A stretch of DNA of 38,587 nt from IMG/VR virus record IMGVR_UViG_3300029650_000167. One strand, written 5' to 3'. The notes under the pieces are model-generated. The model was not told the origin of the DNA. It saw nothing but the letters and a program-made list of their open reading frames with translations, and did not search any database. Each line of letters opens with the position of its first letter. Positions within the stretch are counted from its first letter, which is position 1. Source of the DNA: a virus. Lineage: Duplodnaviria; Heunggongvirae; Uroviricota; Caudoviricetes. Positions 1 to 7,461 of this stretch are shown here, piece after piece. Position numbers and translations under genes: made by a program.

Positions 1-483
1 CTATCTGGTCAGGGTGTCGTACTGTTTTTCACAGACTCTTCCGGCTTCGGCTGCCCGGTCAGCATACTCTGCCAGTTGTCTGTTTCTCTCGAGAGATTTA
101 CTGAGCACGTCGGCAAGCAAAACTCCGGTGTCTGCGGCTGACGTCCCAGCGCCGACAATGGCGTTATACTGCCTGAGCTGCTCACGGATGGCAACGAGCT
201 GTTGCTGCAACCTGCCAGCGCGAGCGGCAGCATCAAGAGCATCATTGCGCGCCTGGTCGATCCTCTGCTGCGCTTCACGTTCATTGATCGCTTTCTCCTG
301 TTCGTAGTGCTGACGAATTCTCTCATCTTCGGTTTTGCGGTCTTCTTTCGCCTGCGCATACCCGGCGTCGTACTGACGACTGCCGTGTACACTCCAGGCA
401 ACAACTCCTGATATGACCAGAACAGCAAGCACCGCCATGATAATCAACTGTTTCCGGTATGCTTTTACGAATGCCAAGATCAT
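1..483 (-). CDS. i-spanin (Rz-like) lysis protein
   Basis: 160 aa with N-terminal TM segment then charged coiled-coil; start ATG overlaps endolysin stop (ATGA); a lipoprotein ORF is embedded in another frame. Confidence 0.6.
   Translation of the reverse strand: MILAFVKAYRKQLIIMAVLAVLVISGVVAWSVHGSRQYDAGYAQAKEDRKTEDERIRQHYEQEKAINEREAQQRIDQARNDALDAAARAGRLQQQLVAIREQLRQYNAIVGAGTSAADTGVLLADVLSKSLERNRQLAEYADRAAEAGRVCEKQYDTLTR
9..245 (-). CDS. o-spanin (Rz1-like) outer-membrane lipoprotein, embedded in Rz
   Basis: Internal start [13 protein letters not shown] gives a signal peptide with lipobox LAGC, followed by a Pro/Ser-rich short mature region; entirely inside the Rz ORF. Confidence 0.5.
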   Translation of the reverse strand: MMLLMLPLALAGCSNSSLPSVSSSGSITPLSALGRQPQTPEFCLPTCSVNLSRETDNWQSMLTGQPKPEESVKNSTTP

Positions 484-1109
484 ACCGCCAGCACCTTACT
501 GGCATTGATGTATCGCGCGCGCCGGTCGTCGATGCCGTTCCGGCCACCATTGATAATCAGAGTTACACGTGCAATATCGCCGGTATACTTCATGCATCCT
601 TTGCTGGCAAAGAACCACGCCGCGCTACGAGCCGCGTATTCGTCCTGCGCCAGCAGTTCAGGACTCTCCAGCAGGTCAACCTTAAGACCGTTTCCACAGT
701 CACGATAGTTATTCAAACCGGTAACCTGGATAAGCCCGCGCCCACGGTAGTTCCAGCCATCACCAGGGGCATTGTTCCCCATGCGTTTGCTGTACACCAG
801 ATTGGCAATCGCTCTCTGGCGCTCAAGTGGCAATGGTGGTTCGCCTGCACGTCGCCCCAATGCGTTGGCCTGTCCCTGAGTGAGACGCCCAGCCCGAACA
901 AAGTTAGCCAGTCCGCTGACGCTGTAGTTGAAATTCTCCTGCAACCGGGTGAAGCCTCCAGACTCATGCCCGACCTGAGCAATAAACATAGCCTGATCTT
1001 CTGGTTTGCTGATACCAAACTCTTTCATCGCAGAAGTTATATGCGAGAACCAGCGTGCGGCCAGTGCCTCGCTGATACCAGCAGCTCGCTGGAATTGTTT
1101 AATCTCCAT
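480..1109 (-). CDS. endolysin, glycoside hydrolase family 19 (chitinase-like lysozyme)
   Basis: 209 aa with motifs [12 protein letters not shown] and [13 protein letters not shown] typical of GH19 phage endolysins; sits between holin-like and spanin genes. Confidence 0.8.
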   Translation of the reverse strand: MEIKQFQRAAGISEALAARWFSHITSAMKEFGISKPEDQAMFIAQVGHESGGFTRLQENFNYSVSGLANFVRAGRLTQGQANALGRRAGEPPLPLERQRAIANLVYSKRMGNNAPGDGWNYRGRGLIQVTGLNNYRDCGNGLKVDLLESPELLAQDEYAARSAAWFFASKGCMKYTGDIARVTLIINGGRNGIDDRRARYINASKVLAV

Positions 1110-1407
1110 GTTTAGACCTCGATACTTTGAAAATTTGAACGACGTTACCGCGCGTTTTAATAACCGCAGCTAGCATGACAGCGTTGATAATGACCTCAGA
1201 TAAATCCACAGCCATTGGCGTACGTAACCAGATTGCATAGGCGACACGAACAGGAATACTGGCCGCAGCAACAATCAGGAAATAAGCAAGCCATCCTCCC
1301 CACCTTCGGTGTTGAGAGCCGTTACGCCGGAATGTGACAACGCGAATTGCTATGCCAGTGCAAATAACTGCATTGGTGATAAGCAAAAAAAACTCATGCG
1401 TTACCAT
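1099..1407 (-). CDS. holin/antiholin-like small membrane protein
   Basis: 102 aa with two to three hydrophobic segments and a charged C-terminus, directly upstream of and overlapping the endolysin. Confidence 0.45.
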   Translation of the reverse strand: MVTHEFFLLITNAVICTGIAIRVVTFRRNGSQHRRWGGWLAYFLIVAAASIPVRVAYAIWLRTPMAVDLSEVIINAVMLAAVIKTRGNVVQIFKVSRSKHGD

Positions 1408-1798
1408 CGTCTTTTCTCCCCGGAATTAACTCGCGTGGATTATCGGAACGGTGATAGAGCCATATACCAATACGCACAGCGACAATTGCTGACACGAATG
1501 CGCCTGCAGAGAAAACAATCCCTTTTTCAAAAGAGTCCTGCGTGATGGTAGGGATCAGGCTGGCTATGCCGATAAGAATTGATGCTGCTGGTTTGTAAAA
1601 GAGAAGGCCGCAAAGAAAGCTGAGCATCGACAGGAGCACCCGGCGACGGATGGGGTACTCTACTGCAGAGGTAACAAAAATTACCGCTCCAGCCAAAGCA
1701 CCCAAAGCAACCTCAGGAGGAACTCCTGCTATCACCGCCGCCAGAGAACTCATGCTAAGCCACTGATTTAAAGTTTCACTGGTTAGTTGAGCTGACAT
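1394..1798 (-). CDS. holin-like membrane protein
   Basis: About 134 aa from ATG at 1798 (SD GGTGGA upstream); three predicted TM segments and charged C-terminal tail; first gene of the lysis cassette. Confidence 0.45.
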   Translation of the reverse strand: MSAQLTSETLNQWLSMSSLAAVIAGVPPEVALGALAGAVIFVTSAVEYPIRRRVLLSMLSFLCGLLFYKPAASILIGIASLIPTITQDSFEKGIVFSAGAFVSAIVAVRIGIWLYHRSDNPRELIPGRKDDGNA

Positions 1799-2000
1799 GT
1801 TTTCCACCGTTTATATGCATAACAACCTCCTGAACAGTAAAGCATTACGCATAATAAACCATTTATGGTTTTTTGTTACTTTAACATCGTCAATTCCCTG
1901 TTTTTCATGCCGAGAATAAAGCTCACCTTTTACATGACTCTGAAGAAACAAACAGTGAAGAGCAGGTTGAATACCGCACCATTTAATGGCGCGGTAGCAG

Positions 2001-2297
2001 TCAAATAGAGAAATAAACACAAAAACAAAAAACAACAGGAACAGCAAAATCCAACAGACTTCCCACATCCCACACGCGTGGATCAAAACCTCCCCACCAC
2101 GGCATGTTGATACGTTTCCCTTTCCCAAACTTTTCTATCCAGCGATATTCTGCCTGGGTGTGTTCACGCGCAATGAAGAACGTACAACCGGCTATCGCAC
2201 CGTAAGCCCAGTTTCCGGTAAAAATACCAACCAGTACCTGAGCCACAAAAGCGCAAAGCGAGTGAAGAAATGGAGTGACATCAATGCTCTTAATCAT
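2001..2297 (-). CDS. small membrane protein, translationally coupled to tailspike
   Basis: 98 aa hydrophobic protein; start ATG overlaps tailspike stop (ATGA); AT-rich; function not recognised. Confidence 0.4.
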   Translation of the reverse strand: MIKSIDVTPFLHSLCAFVAQVLVGIFTGNWAYGAIAGCTFFIAREHTQAEYRWIEKFGKGKRINMPWWGGFDPRVWDVGSLLDFAVPVVFCFCVYFSI

Positions 2298-4483
2298 GAA
2301 ACTTCCCCATTGGTTGAAAATATGGCTCCTCCAACGCCAAGTGTATTTCGTGTTGTGCTCAACCTCAGAGGGCTGGAGTCAGAATTAGAATATCCTGTAG
2401 CAGAAATAAAAGATCCTCCACTAATAGTCAACTGCGGAACATCGGCTATATCTGAATAAGTTCTGTCAGCAACAGTATTATTTATAGCCACATATGATCC
2501 AAAAAAACTTCTTATTGTTTGGTTTTTAACTTTACTTCCTTCAATGGTTATCCTACTACCACAGTCGGCAATAAATCCTGAATCTGCATCCAGCGTTGCA
2601 TTCATAAAAGAAGCTTCAGATCTCTCTACATCAATCCATCTAATATCTTTTGTGGGATTTGCACCAAATACATGACAAATATTAGAGTTAAACCTTACAC
2701 CATCTTGGAGGTGCATTAATTTTTTTATATCTGTACCCCATAGCCTTGGAAAATTAACAGATGCTCCTGCATGGCAATCAAATCCCAGCTCAGCCCCTGA
2801 GATATCTACAGCCTTTCCTGAAATAACAGCACCAGTGTCTGCATTAACGGCTGTTCCACAATTGCGCATATCATTACCAGCAACATCAACGCAACCCGCA
2901 CCATCAATACGCACACCAAGTGCACATCCATAAAAACCTTTTTCAATATTTGGTTCAAGGACTTTACCACTTGTTTCTGCATCACTTTCTTCAACGTCAT
3001 GTCGTCTTGCATCAACATATGCTGTATGAATGCAGGTTAATCCACGATATGAGCAATGTATAGTTTTATGGTCGCGTATATTAACATTTGAACCATCTCT
3101 TACATTCCATCCTATATAACAATAGCTTGCACTTGACCCCTGAAAATCTGCTTTAACATTATAAATACAATTAACTGACGCAACCGTACTCTCTGTGCAC
3201 CGTTCAAACTTGCTTACAGGCATTGATGCCTTGACATTATTTACCAGTTGCAGGGAAGAGTATCTGCTATAAGAAAAATCACATACGTAATACCCTTCTG
3301 GCATATATGCAGCAACACTTTCCTCATCAGGAGCACATCCGGTATGATATGCACTAATTTTTGCACCAAAACTACCATGAATTCCAACGTAGAACTTTCG
3401 AGCACCTGAATACGGATAGAAATTAAGTTCAGCTTTTTGAGTTACAATAAATGCACAAACATCGCTATCATCTCTATTTTCTTCGATCTGAATAGCAAAT
3501 ACAGGACTTTTTGCTGCATCGCAAATGTAAAATAAATACTTGTATTCGTAATACGTTCTAACGATTTTAGTAAACAAACGAGTGTCAGAGAAAACCACTG
3601 AGTCTTCTGATGTTATTTTAATCCAAGACAAATCAACACCTGAACTGAATTCAATTTGATAGTTGATAATATGCCCGGTCTTAATTCTTATTTCGCAGAA
3701 AGCATTACCACCATCCCACATAGGTCTCATTGACTGGGCTGCAATGATTGCATCTTTGAGTGTAGGGTAATCACCCCATTCGCCAACAGTAATAACAAAA
3801 GTATAATATGAGTTAAAAACAGCGGCATTTTTGCCTTTGGATATCAACTCCTTAATCATAAAAATATTATCTTCGTAATCACAAGGAGAAATTATATCCC
3901 TCATTTTGCTTTGAAATGTTCGTTGTCTTGCCCCGCTTCCTGACGGTATAAACCAACCAAAACCACCAACAACCCCGGCGATTGCAGCATCGACATAATT
4001 ACGCATTGAGCGATTATTTACAGCGTCCTGCTCAAATGATGGATCTGCAAGGTTAGAAATTTTGTTTTGCTTTGCATCGTAATATTTTGCAAGCAAAGAT
4101 GGTTTCATCAATGCACGTCTGAACCACCCAAAACATCGCTGGATCAGCATCGTCAGGTAGTCAAATGCATCTTCATGAACTTCGGGGAAAAATTTTCCCT
4201 GATTGCGAAGATCAGTCTCCTGCACCACATCAAGCACACGCTCTATCGTAATTCGCCAGCCAGCAGCAAGCGGCGACGGGAGAACCACAGAACCGCCACT
4301 ATAAGTGCCCGCCCCAGTTACCGTATAACCGGTATCCAGAACCAATTCTGTTACGTTCCCGTTCAGGTCAGACACCTGAACAACCAGGTCTGATTTTTTG
4401 AAAATACGGAAGGTATACGGAAACGATGTCGTAACGCCGTTACCGGTGTATTCGTTGTGGTCAACTTCGGTTGAGACCGTCAT
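2294..4483 (-). CDS. tailspike / receptor-binding protein with beta-helix-like C-terminal region
   Basis: 729 aa; SD GGAG 8 nt before ATG; N-terminal about 110 aa in typical GC composition, remainder AT-rich with Gly/Asn/Ser/Thr-rich repeats suggesting a beta-helix depolymerase-type domain. Confidence 0.7.
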   Translation of the reverse strand: MTVSTEVDHNEYTGNGVTTSFPYTFRIFKKSDLVVQVSDLNGNVTELVLDTGYTVTGAGTYSGGSVVLPSPLAAGWRITIERVLDVVQETDLRNQGKFFPEVHEDAFDYLTMLIQRCFGWFRRALMKPSLLAKYYDAKQNKISNLADPSFEQDAVNNRSMRNYVDAAIAGVVGGFGWFIPSGSGARQRTFQSKMRDIISPCDYEDNIFMIKELISKGKNAAVFNSYYTFVITVGEWGDYPTLKDAIIAAQSMRPMWDGGNAFCEIRIKTGHIINYQIEFSSGVDLSWIKITSEDSVVFSDTRLFTKIVRTYYEYKYLFYICDAAKSPVFAIQIEENRDDSDVCAFIVTQKAELNFYPYSGARKFYVGIHGSFGAKISAYHTGCAPDEESVAAYMPEGYYVCDFSYSRYSSLQLVNNVKASMPVSKFERCTESTVASVNCIYNVKADFQGSSASYCYIGWNVRDGSNVNIRDHKTIHCSYRGLTCIHTAYVDARRHDVEESDAETSGKVLEPNIEKGFYGCALGVRIDGAGCVDVAGNDMRNCGTAVNADTGAVISGKAVDISGAELGFDCHAGASVNFPRLWGTDIKKLMHLQDGVRFNSNICHVFGANPTKDIRWIDVERSEASFMNATLDADSGFIADCGSRITIEGSKVKNQTIRSFFGSYVAINNTVADRTYSDIADVPQLTISGGSFISATGYSNSDSSPLRLSTTRNTLGVGGAIFSTNGEVS

Positions 4484-4587
4484 GTTAAATCTCCAGATAG
4501 TCGCAGCACCCGTTGCGCCGCATATCTGGTTATTCTATTACCTGAAAAACCACATATGGATAGAAAGACTGTGAATACGAATAGATA

Positions 4588-4602
4588 TTACCTTTCAGGT
4601 AA
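4588..4602. promoter_or_regulatory. operator-like palindrome TTACC-TTTCA-GGTAA
   Basis: Perfect 15-bp inverted repeat in the divergent region between tailspike and the LexA-box gene; on minus strand flanked by TTGCAA and TATCTA at -35/-10 spacing. Confidence 0.6.
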
Positions 4603-4641
4603 TTTGCAAAACGTGCTGGATAGCAAACAAATTATTTGCTA

Positions 4642-4657
4642 CTGTATAAATATACAG
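4642..4657 (+). promoter_or_regulatory. LexA box (SOS box) CTGT-N8-ACAG
   Basis: TACTGTATAAATATACAGTT at 4640-4659 matches the enterobacterial LexA consensus TACTGTATATATATACAGTA at 18 of 20 positions; overlaps an extended -10-like TGtATAAAT; 22 nt upstream of SD GGAG. Confidence 0.75.
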
Positions 4658-4678
4658 TTATTGCATGGAGAAGATAAG

Positions 4679-4936
4679 ATGCAGCAGTATCACTATCCAC
4701 TGGAAGACGGATTTACCGAAAGGATTCACACGCCGGGAGGCGTCAGGTCACTGGTGGAGGGATCGCATTTGATGAAATTACTCCGGGATCTCGATAAGGA
4801 TGGATTTAATGTCGATGGCCCACTTGCCGAACTGACTGCACTGATTAACTACGTCACCAGCTCACAGATGTCTATGCAGGATCTGCAAACACATCTCGAC
4901 TATTGTGCCGAACAATTACGAAAGCAAACCAGATAA
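4679..4936 (+). CDS. small LexA-controlled protein, antirepressor-like domain (paralog of Bro-N protein C-terminus)
   Basis: 85 aa; SD GGAG 8 nt upstream; residues HTPGGVRSLVEGSHLMKLL...DGFNVDGPLAELT...QTH align with the C-terminus of ORF 5252-5962. Confidence 0.5.
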   Translation: MQQYHYPLEDGFTERIHTPGGVRSLVEGSHLMKLLRDLDKDGFNVDGPLAELTALINYVTSSQMSMQDLQTHLDYCAEQLRKQTR

Positions 4937-4967
4937 GGTTTGCAATTACCAAGTGGAGTGCTTATAT

Positions 4968-4982
4968 TTACCTTTGCGGTAA
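4968..4982. promoter_or_regulatory. operator-like palindrome TTACC-TTTGC-GGTAA
   Basis: Perfect match to the dispersed 15-bp motif, between the small LexA-box gene and the Bro-N gene. Confidence 0.5.
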
Positions 4983-5062
4983 ATTTACATCGCACTCCTC
5001 TTGTGCCATAGTAATCAGGCACTGGCAAAATCCAGTGCCGGGATTGGCGTCCCGAGTTACTA

Positions 5063-5085
5063 AGTGGCGCATACCACGCCAGACG
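5063..5085 (+). terminator. rho-independent terminator-like hairpin
   Basis: Stem ACCACG/CGTGGT with 5-nt loop followed by seven T. Confidence 0.45.
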
Positions 5086-5251
5086 TGGTTTTTTTATGCG
5101 TTAAGCACAGCTATATCCGAATTATGGTGGGCTGGGCAGGGGTCCGAAAGGACGCCGGTACCACTTAGGCCGGTACGCCAACCTTGTCCAGTTCACCACC
5201 AGTAATTGGCGTTGCGGTGGTGATTAAAATCACTAAGTGGAGATAACCACC

Positions 5252-5962
5252 ATGGCTAATGCTCAAACTGCCATCTTCAAATTTGAATCTGTTAACCCTA
5301 TCCGTTCCATCATTATCGATGGCCAACCATGGTTTGTAGCCCAAGACGTTTGTAGTGCGCTGCGCATCCAAAACGTCACCCAAGCACTTGAAAAACTGGA
5401 TGATGATGAAAGGTCTATGTTCAACATAGGGCATGAACATCGTGCAATTTTTGACAGCCGAGTAAAAGAGATCAACATCATCTCCGAGTCAGGCCTCTAC
5501 ACACTGATCCTCCGCTGCCGCGACGCAGTGACACCAGGCACTATCCCCTACCGCTTTCGTAAATGGGTTACAGGTGAGGTTCTTCCTCAGATCCGCCGCA
5601 CCGGAAGTTACATTAAAAACTCGCTCCCGCAGGAAGAACGCATAAAGATGGTTGCCGACCAGGTAGCCAACGCCACGGCGTCAGCAGTAATGCAGGCGAT
5701 GAAGATAGAGAACAAAACCTACAGTGCCCCACTGAAGCCCGGCTACCGTAGCCTGATTCATTCGCCGTCTGGTGTTCTCGGCCTGACGGAGAACTCACTG
5801 CTGATGAATCTGCTGAACCAGTTACAGGAAGACGGGCACGACGTATCGGGCGCGGCGGCGGAGCTGACCACCATGTTCTGCTACATCGTCGGTGTGAGCA
5901 AATGCCTGCGTGATATCCAGACCCACGCGGAGTACATCAACGACAAGGCTGGGTTCTTCTGA
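5252..5962 (+). CDS. Bro-N domain protein, putative antirepressor
   Basis: 236 aa from ATG 5252 (SD GGAG 9 nt upstream; track shows GTG at 5237); N-terminal FKFE...IDGQPWFVAQDVCSAL...ESGLYTLILRC resembles Bro-N/KilA-N; C-terminal about 70 aa paralogous to ORF 4679-4936. Confidence 0.6.
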   Translation: MANAQTAIFKFESVNPIRSIIIDGQPWFVAQDVCSALRIQNVTQALEKLDDDERSMFNIGHEHRAIFDSRVKEINIISESGLYTLILRCRDAVTPGTIPYRFRKWVTGEVLPQIRRTGSYIKNSLPQEERIKMVADQVANATASAVMQAMKIENKTYSAPLKPGYRSLIHSPSGVLGLTENSLLMNLLNQLQEDGHDVSGAAAELTTMFCYIVGVSKCLRDIQTHAEYINDKAGFF

Positions 5963-5999
5963 CGGGCGGCGGCACAGGGATGTGCCTTTAAAATAATCA

Positions 6000-6029
6000 T
6001 TGGCGATGTGATGTAGATTCGCGTAATAT
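6000..6029 (+). promoter_or_regulatory. sigma70-like promoter (TTGGCG - 18 bp - TAATAT)
   Basis: -35 and -10 hexamers at canonical spacing immediately followed by the operator palindrome at 6029. Confidence 0.4.
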
Positions 6030-6043
6030 TACCTTAAAGGTAA
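6029..6043. promoter_or_regulatory. operator-like palindrome TTACC-TTAAA-GGTAA
   Basis: Perfect motif directly after the -10 and directly before SD AGGAGG of ORF 6056. Confidence 0.55.
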
Positions 6044-6055
6044 AGGAGGCGCGAT

Positions 6056-6223
6056 ATGACAGCGTTGAAAAATCGTACTCAGCACAATGAACAAGCCAAG
6101 CAATGCTGGGATGTCATTGGAAAAGTTATGCTTGGCCGCGCAAGCAAAGAGCGCGACAAGGATATGGTTTACCAGACAGGAACATCTTTCAGCGACTTCA
6201 AGGCGGCATTTCGCTCCAAATAG
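6056..6223 (+). CDS. small hypothetical protein (55 aa)
   Basis: Strong SD AGGAGG 6 nt before ATG; below the ORF-track size cutoff; basic, no TM segment. Confidence 0.4.
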   Translation: MTALKNRTQHNEQAKQCWDVIGKVMLGRASKERDKDMVYQTGTSFSDFKAAFRSK

Positions 6224-6243
6224 AAGCACATCAGGAGTTTTCC

Positions 6244-6684
6244 TTGAAGTTTAACATTAGAATATCTAATAGTTTTCTACATGGGGAAAGCAACACCCCT
6301 TTCGCTGTAGACGGACCTTTCCTTACTGATGATGAAATAAAAATCATACAAAGTTTTTTAGAGGATGTTGCCAATGGAAGGGCGCTTGTTGGAAAAAACA
6401 AGCCCTCATGGGTTGATGATAACCATGATAAAATTCCCGGCTCAGACAATTATGAGCAAGAGAATTATTGGCATTATCATTGTGGGCCAACATGGTATCC
6501 AAACACATTTAAGAATTATACCATTAACTTAAATTTCAACCCTAGCGGAAGGCATTCTAATGAATGCATTCATTATGCAAAAAATGATAATGAAATTGTC
6601 ATTGTTGGATTTTCAAGAGAACACATACCTTTCCTTTCATCAGATGGAAACAACAATCCGCTTTTTAATGATGAAGAAGAATAG
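6244..6684 (+). CDS. hypothetical protein, AT-rich moron (start uncertain, possibly TTG)
   Basis: Open frame from 6103 to 6684; no internal ATG after the upstream small ORF ends, TTG at 6244 is preceded by GGAG; about 33 percent GC versus about 52 percent for the phage; followed by a strong terminator. Confidence 0.4.
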   Translation: MKFNIRISNSFLHGESNTPFAVDGPFLTDDEIKIIQSFLEDVANGRALVGKNKPSWVDDNHDKIPGSDNYEQENYWHYHCGPTWYPNTFKNYTINLNFNPSGRHSNECIHYAKNDNEIVIVGFSREHIPFLSSDGNNNPLFNDEEE

Positions 6685-6704
6685 CCCGCGCTGCGGGCTT
6701 TTTT
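6683..6704 (+). terminator. rho-independent terminator
   Basis: AGCCCGC-GCT-GCGGGCT hairpin followed by TTTTTT. Confidence 0.7.
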
Positions 6705-6776
6705 GTGGACGAAACAAAAGTCAGTGCTACACTCATTGACGCCACATTGAGGTGGCTTATAGATGGAAATTTCACA

Positions 6777-6938
6777 ATGAAAAAAGCATTTGCTGCACTG
6801 TTCGTTTTGTTGTCTCTGGTAGCTTCAACTCAGGCCTTTGCCGGTCGTTGTCAGCACGACAGCGACACTGCCGCTGACGGCTCCCGCTGCGGTGGGCGTT
6901 CTGCGGATTCCCGCCCGGGCGGCGGTGGCATTCGTTAA
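6777..6938 (+). CDS. small secreted peptide (signal peptide plus about 31-aa Gly/Arg/Asp-rich mature region with two Cys)
   Basis: MKKAFAALFVLLSLVASTQAFA looks like a Sec signal peptide ending at an AxA site; internal ATG of the track ORF 6705-6938. Confidence 0.4.
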   Translation: MKKAFAALFVLLSLVASTQAFAGRCQHDSDTAADGSRCGGRSADSRPGGGGIR

Positions 6939-6960
6939 AAACAAGGCCGCGAAAGCGGCC
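6934..6960 (-). terminator. rho-independent terminator for the minus-strand membrane-protein gene
   Basis: GGCCGC-GAAA-GCGGCC hairpin; on the minus strand it is followed by TTGTTTTT. Confidence 0.5.
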
Positions 6961-6961
6961 T

Positions 6962-6973
6962 GTGACATGTCAC
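6962..6973. other. perfect 12-bp palindrome GTGACATGTCAC (copy 1 of 3)
   Basis: Identical 12-mer also at 24567 and 26832; overlaps the TGA stop of the minus-strand ORF 6970-7266. Confidence 0.5.
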
Positions 6974-7266
6974 GTCCCTTTTCTGAATGATAGCCATTCG
7001 AAAAATGATGACATTCCACCGCAGACAATAGCAAAGATGATCCCACCAAAGAAGAGAAGGCCAGCCTGCCACCACTCCCACCGCCATACATCCACAGCGC
7101 CAACCATACCAACAATCGCTCCAACAAATGGAATATAGCTCACGATGAAAGCAATGGGGGCTGCAATTATCCAGTGCAATCCCCACCATGATTCAAGCCC
7201 AGCCATAATTGCTGCCAACTGAAAAAGACCAACGACGATATAAACAATGAATCCTATAGCTTGCAT
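6970..7266 (-). CDS. small integral membrane protein
   Basis: 98 aa with three hydrophobic segments and several Trp; function unknown. Confidence 0.45.
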   Translation of the reverse strand: MQAIGFIVYIVVGLFQLAAIMAGLESWWGLHWIIAAPIAFIVSYIPFVGAIVGMVGAVDVWRWEWWQAGLLFFGGIIFAIVCGGMSSFFEWLSFRKGT

Positions 7267-7278
7267 GTAGTCACCTAT

Positions 7279-7458
7279 TTACCCAGTAAAAATAAGAGGC
7301 CTCCCCTCAATAAGGCTTGCAACAAGAACTACTCCCTGCACAACAAAGATGAACCAGCAAATAGCTTGAGTCTGAGGGTTAAGAAAATATTTGTAGCGGT
7401 CAATAAATAACAATCCACCAGAAATTATCACACTCAAAATAATTAAAAACACAACACT
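7279..7458 (-). CDS. possible small membrane protein (GTG/TTG start)
   Basis: 59-codon hydrophobic ORF in the same frame as, and immediately after, the stop of the 824-aa gene; no clear RBS. Confidence 0.2.
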   Translation of the reverse strand, partial: SVVFLIILSVIISGGLLFIDRYKYFLNPQTQAICWFIFVVQGVVLVASLIEGRPLIFTG

Positions 7459-7461
7459 TCC

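Noticed and set aside
5237-5251. GTG start at 5237 for the Bro-N protein
   Set aside because: The ATG at 5252 is preceded by GGAG at ideal spacing, whereas 5237 would place that SD inside the coding sequence.
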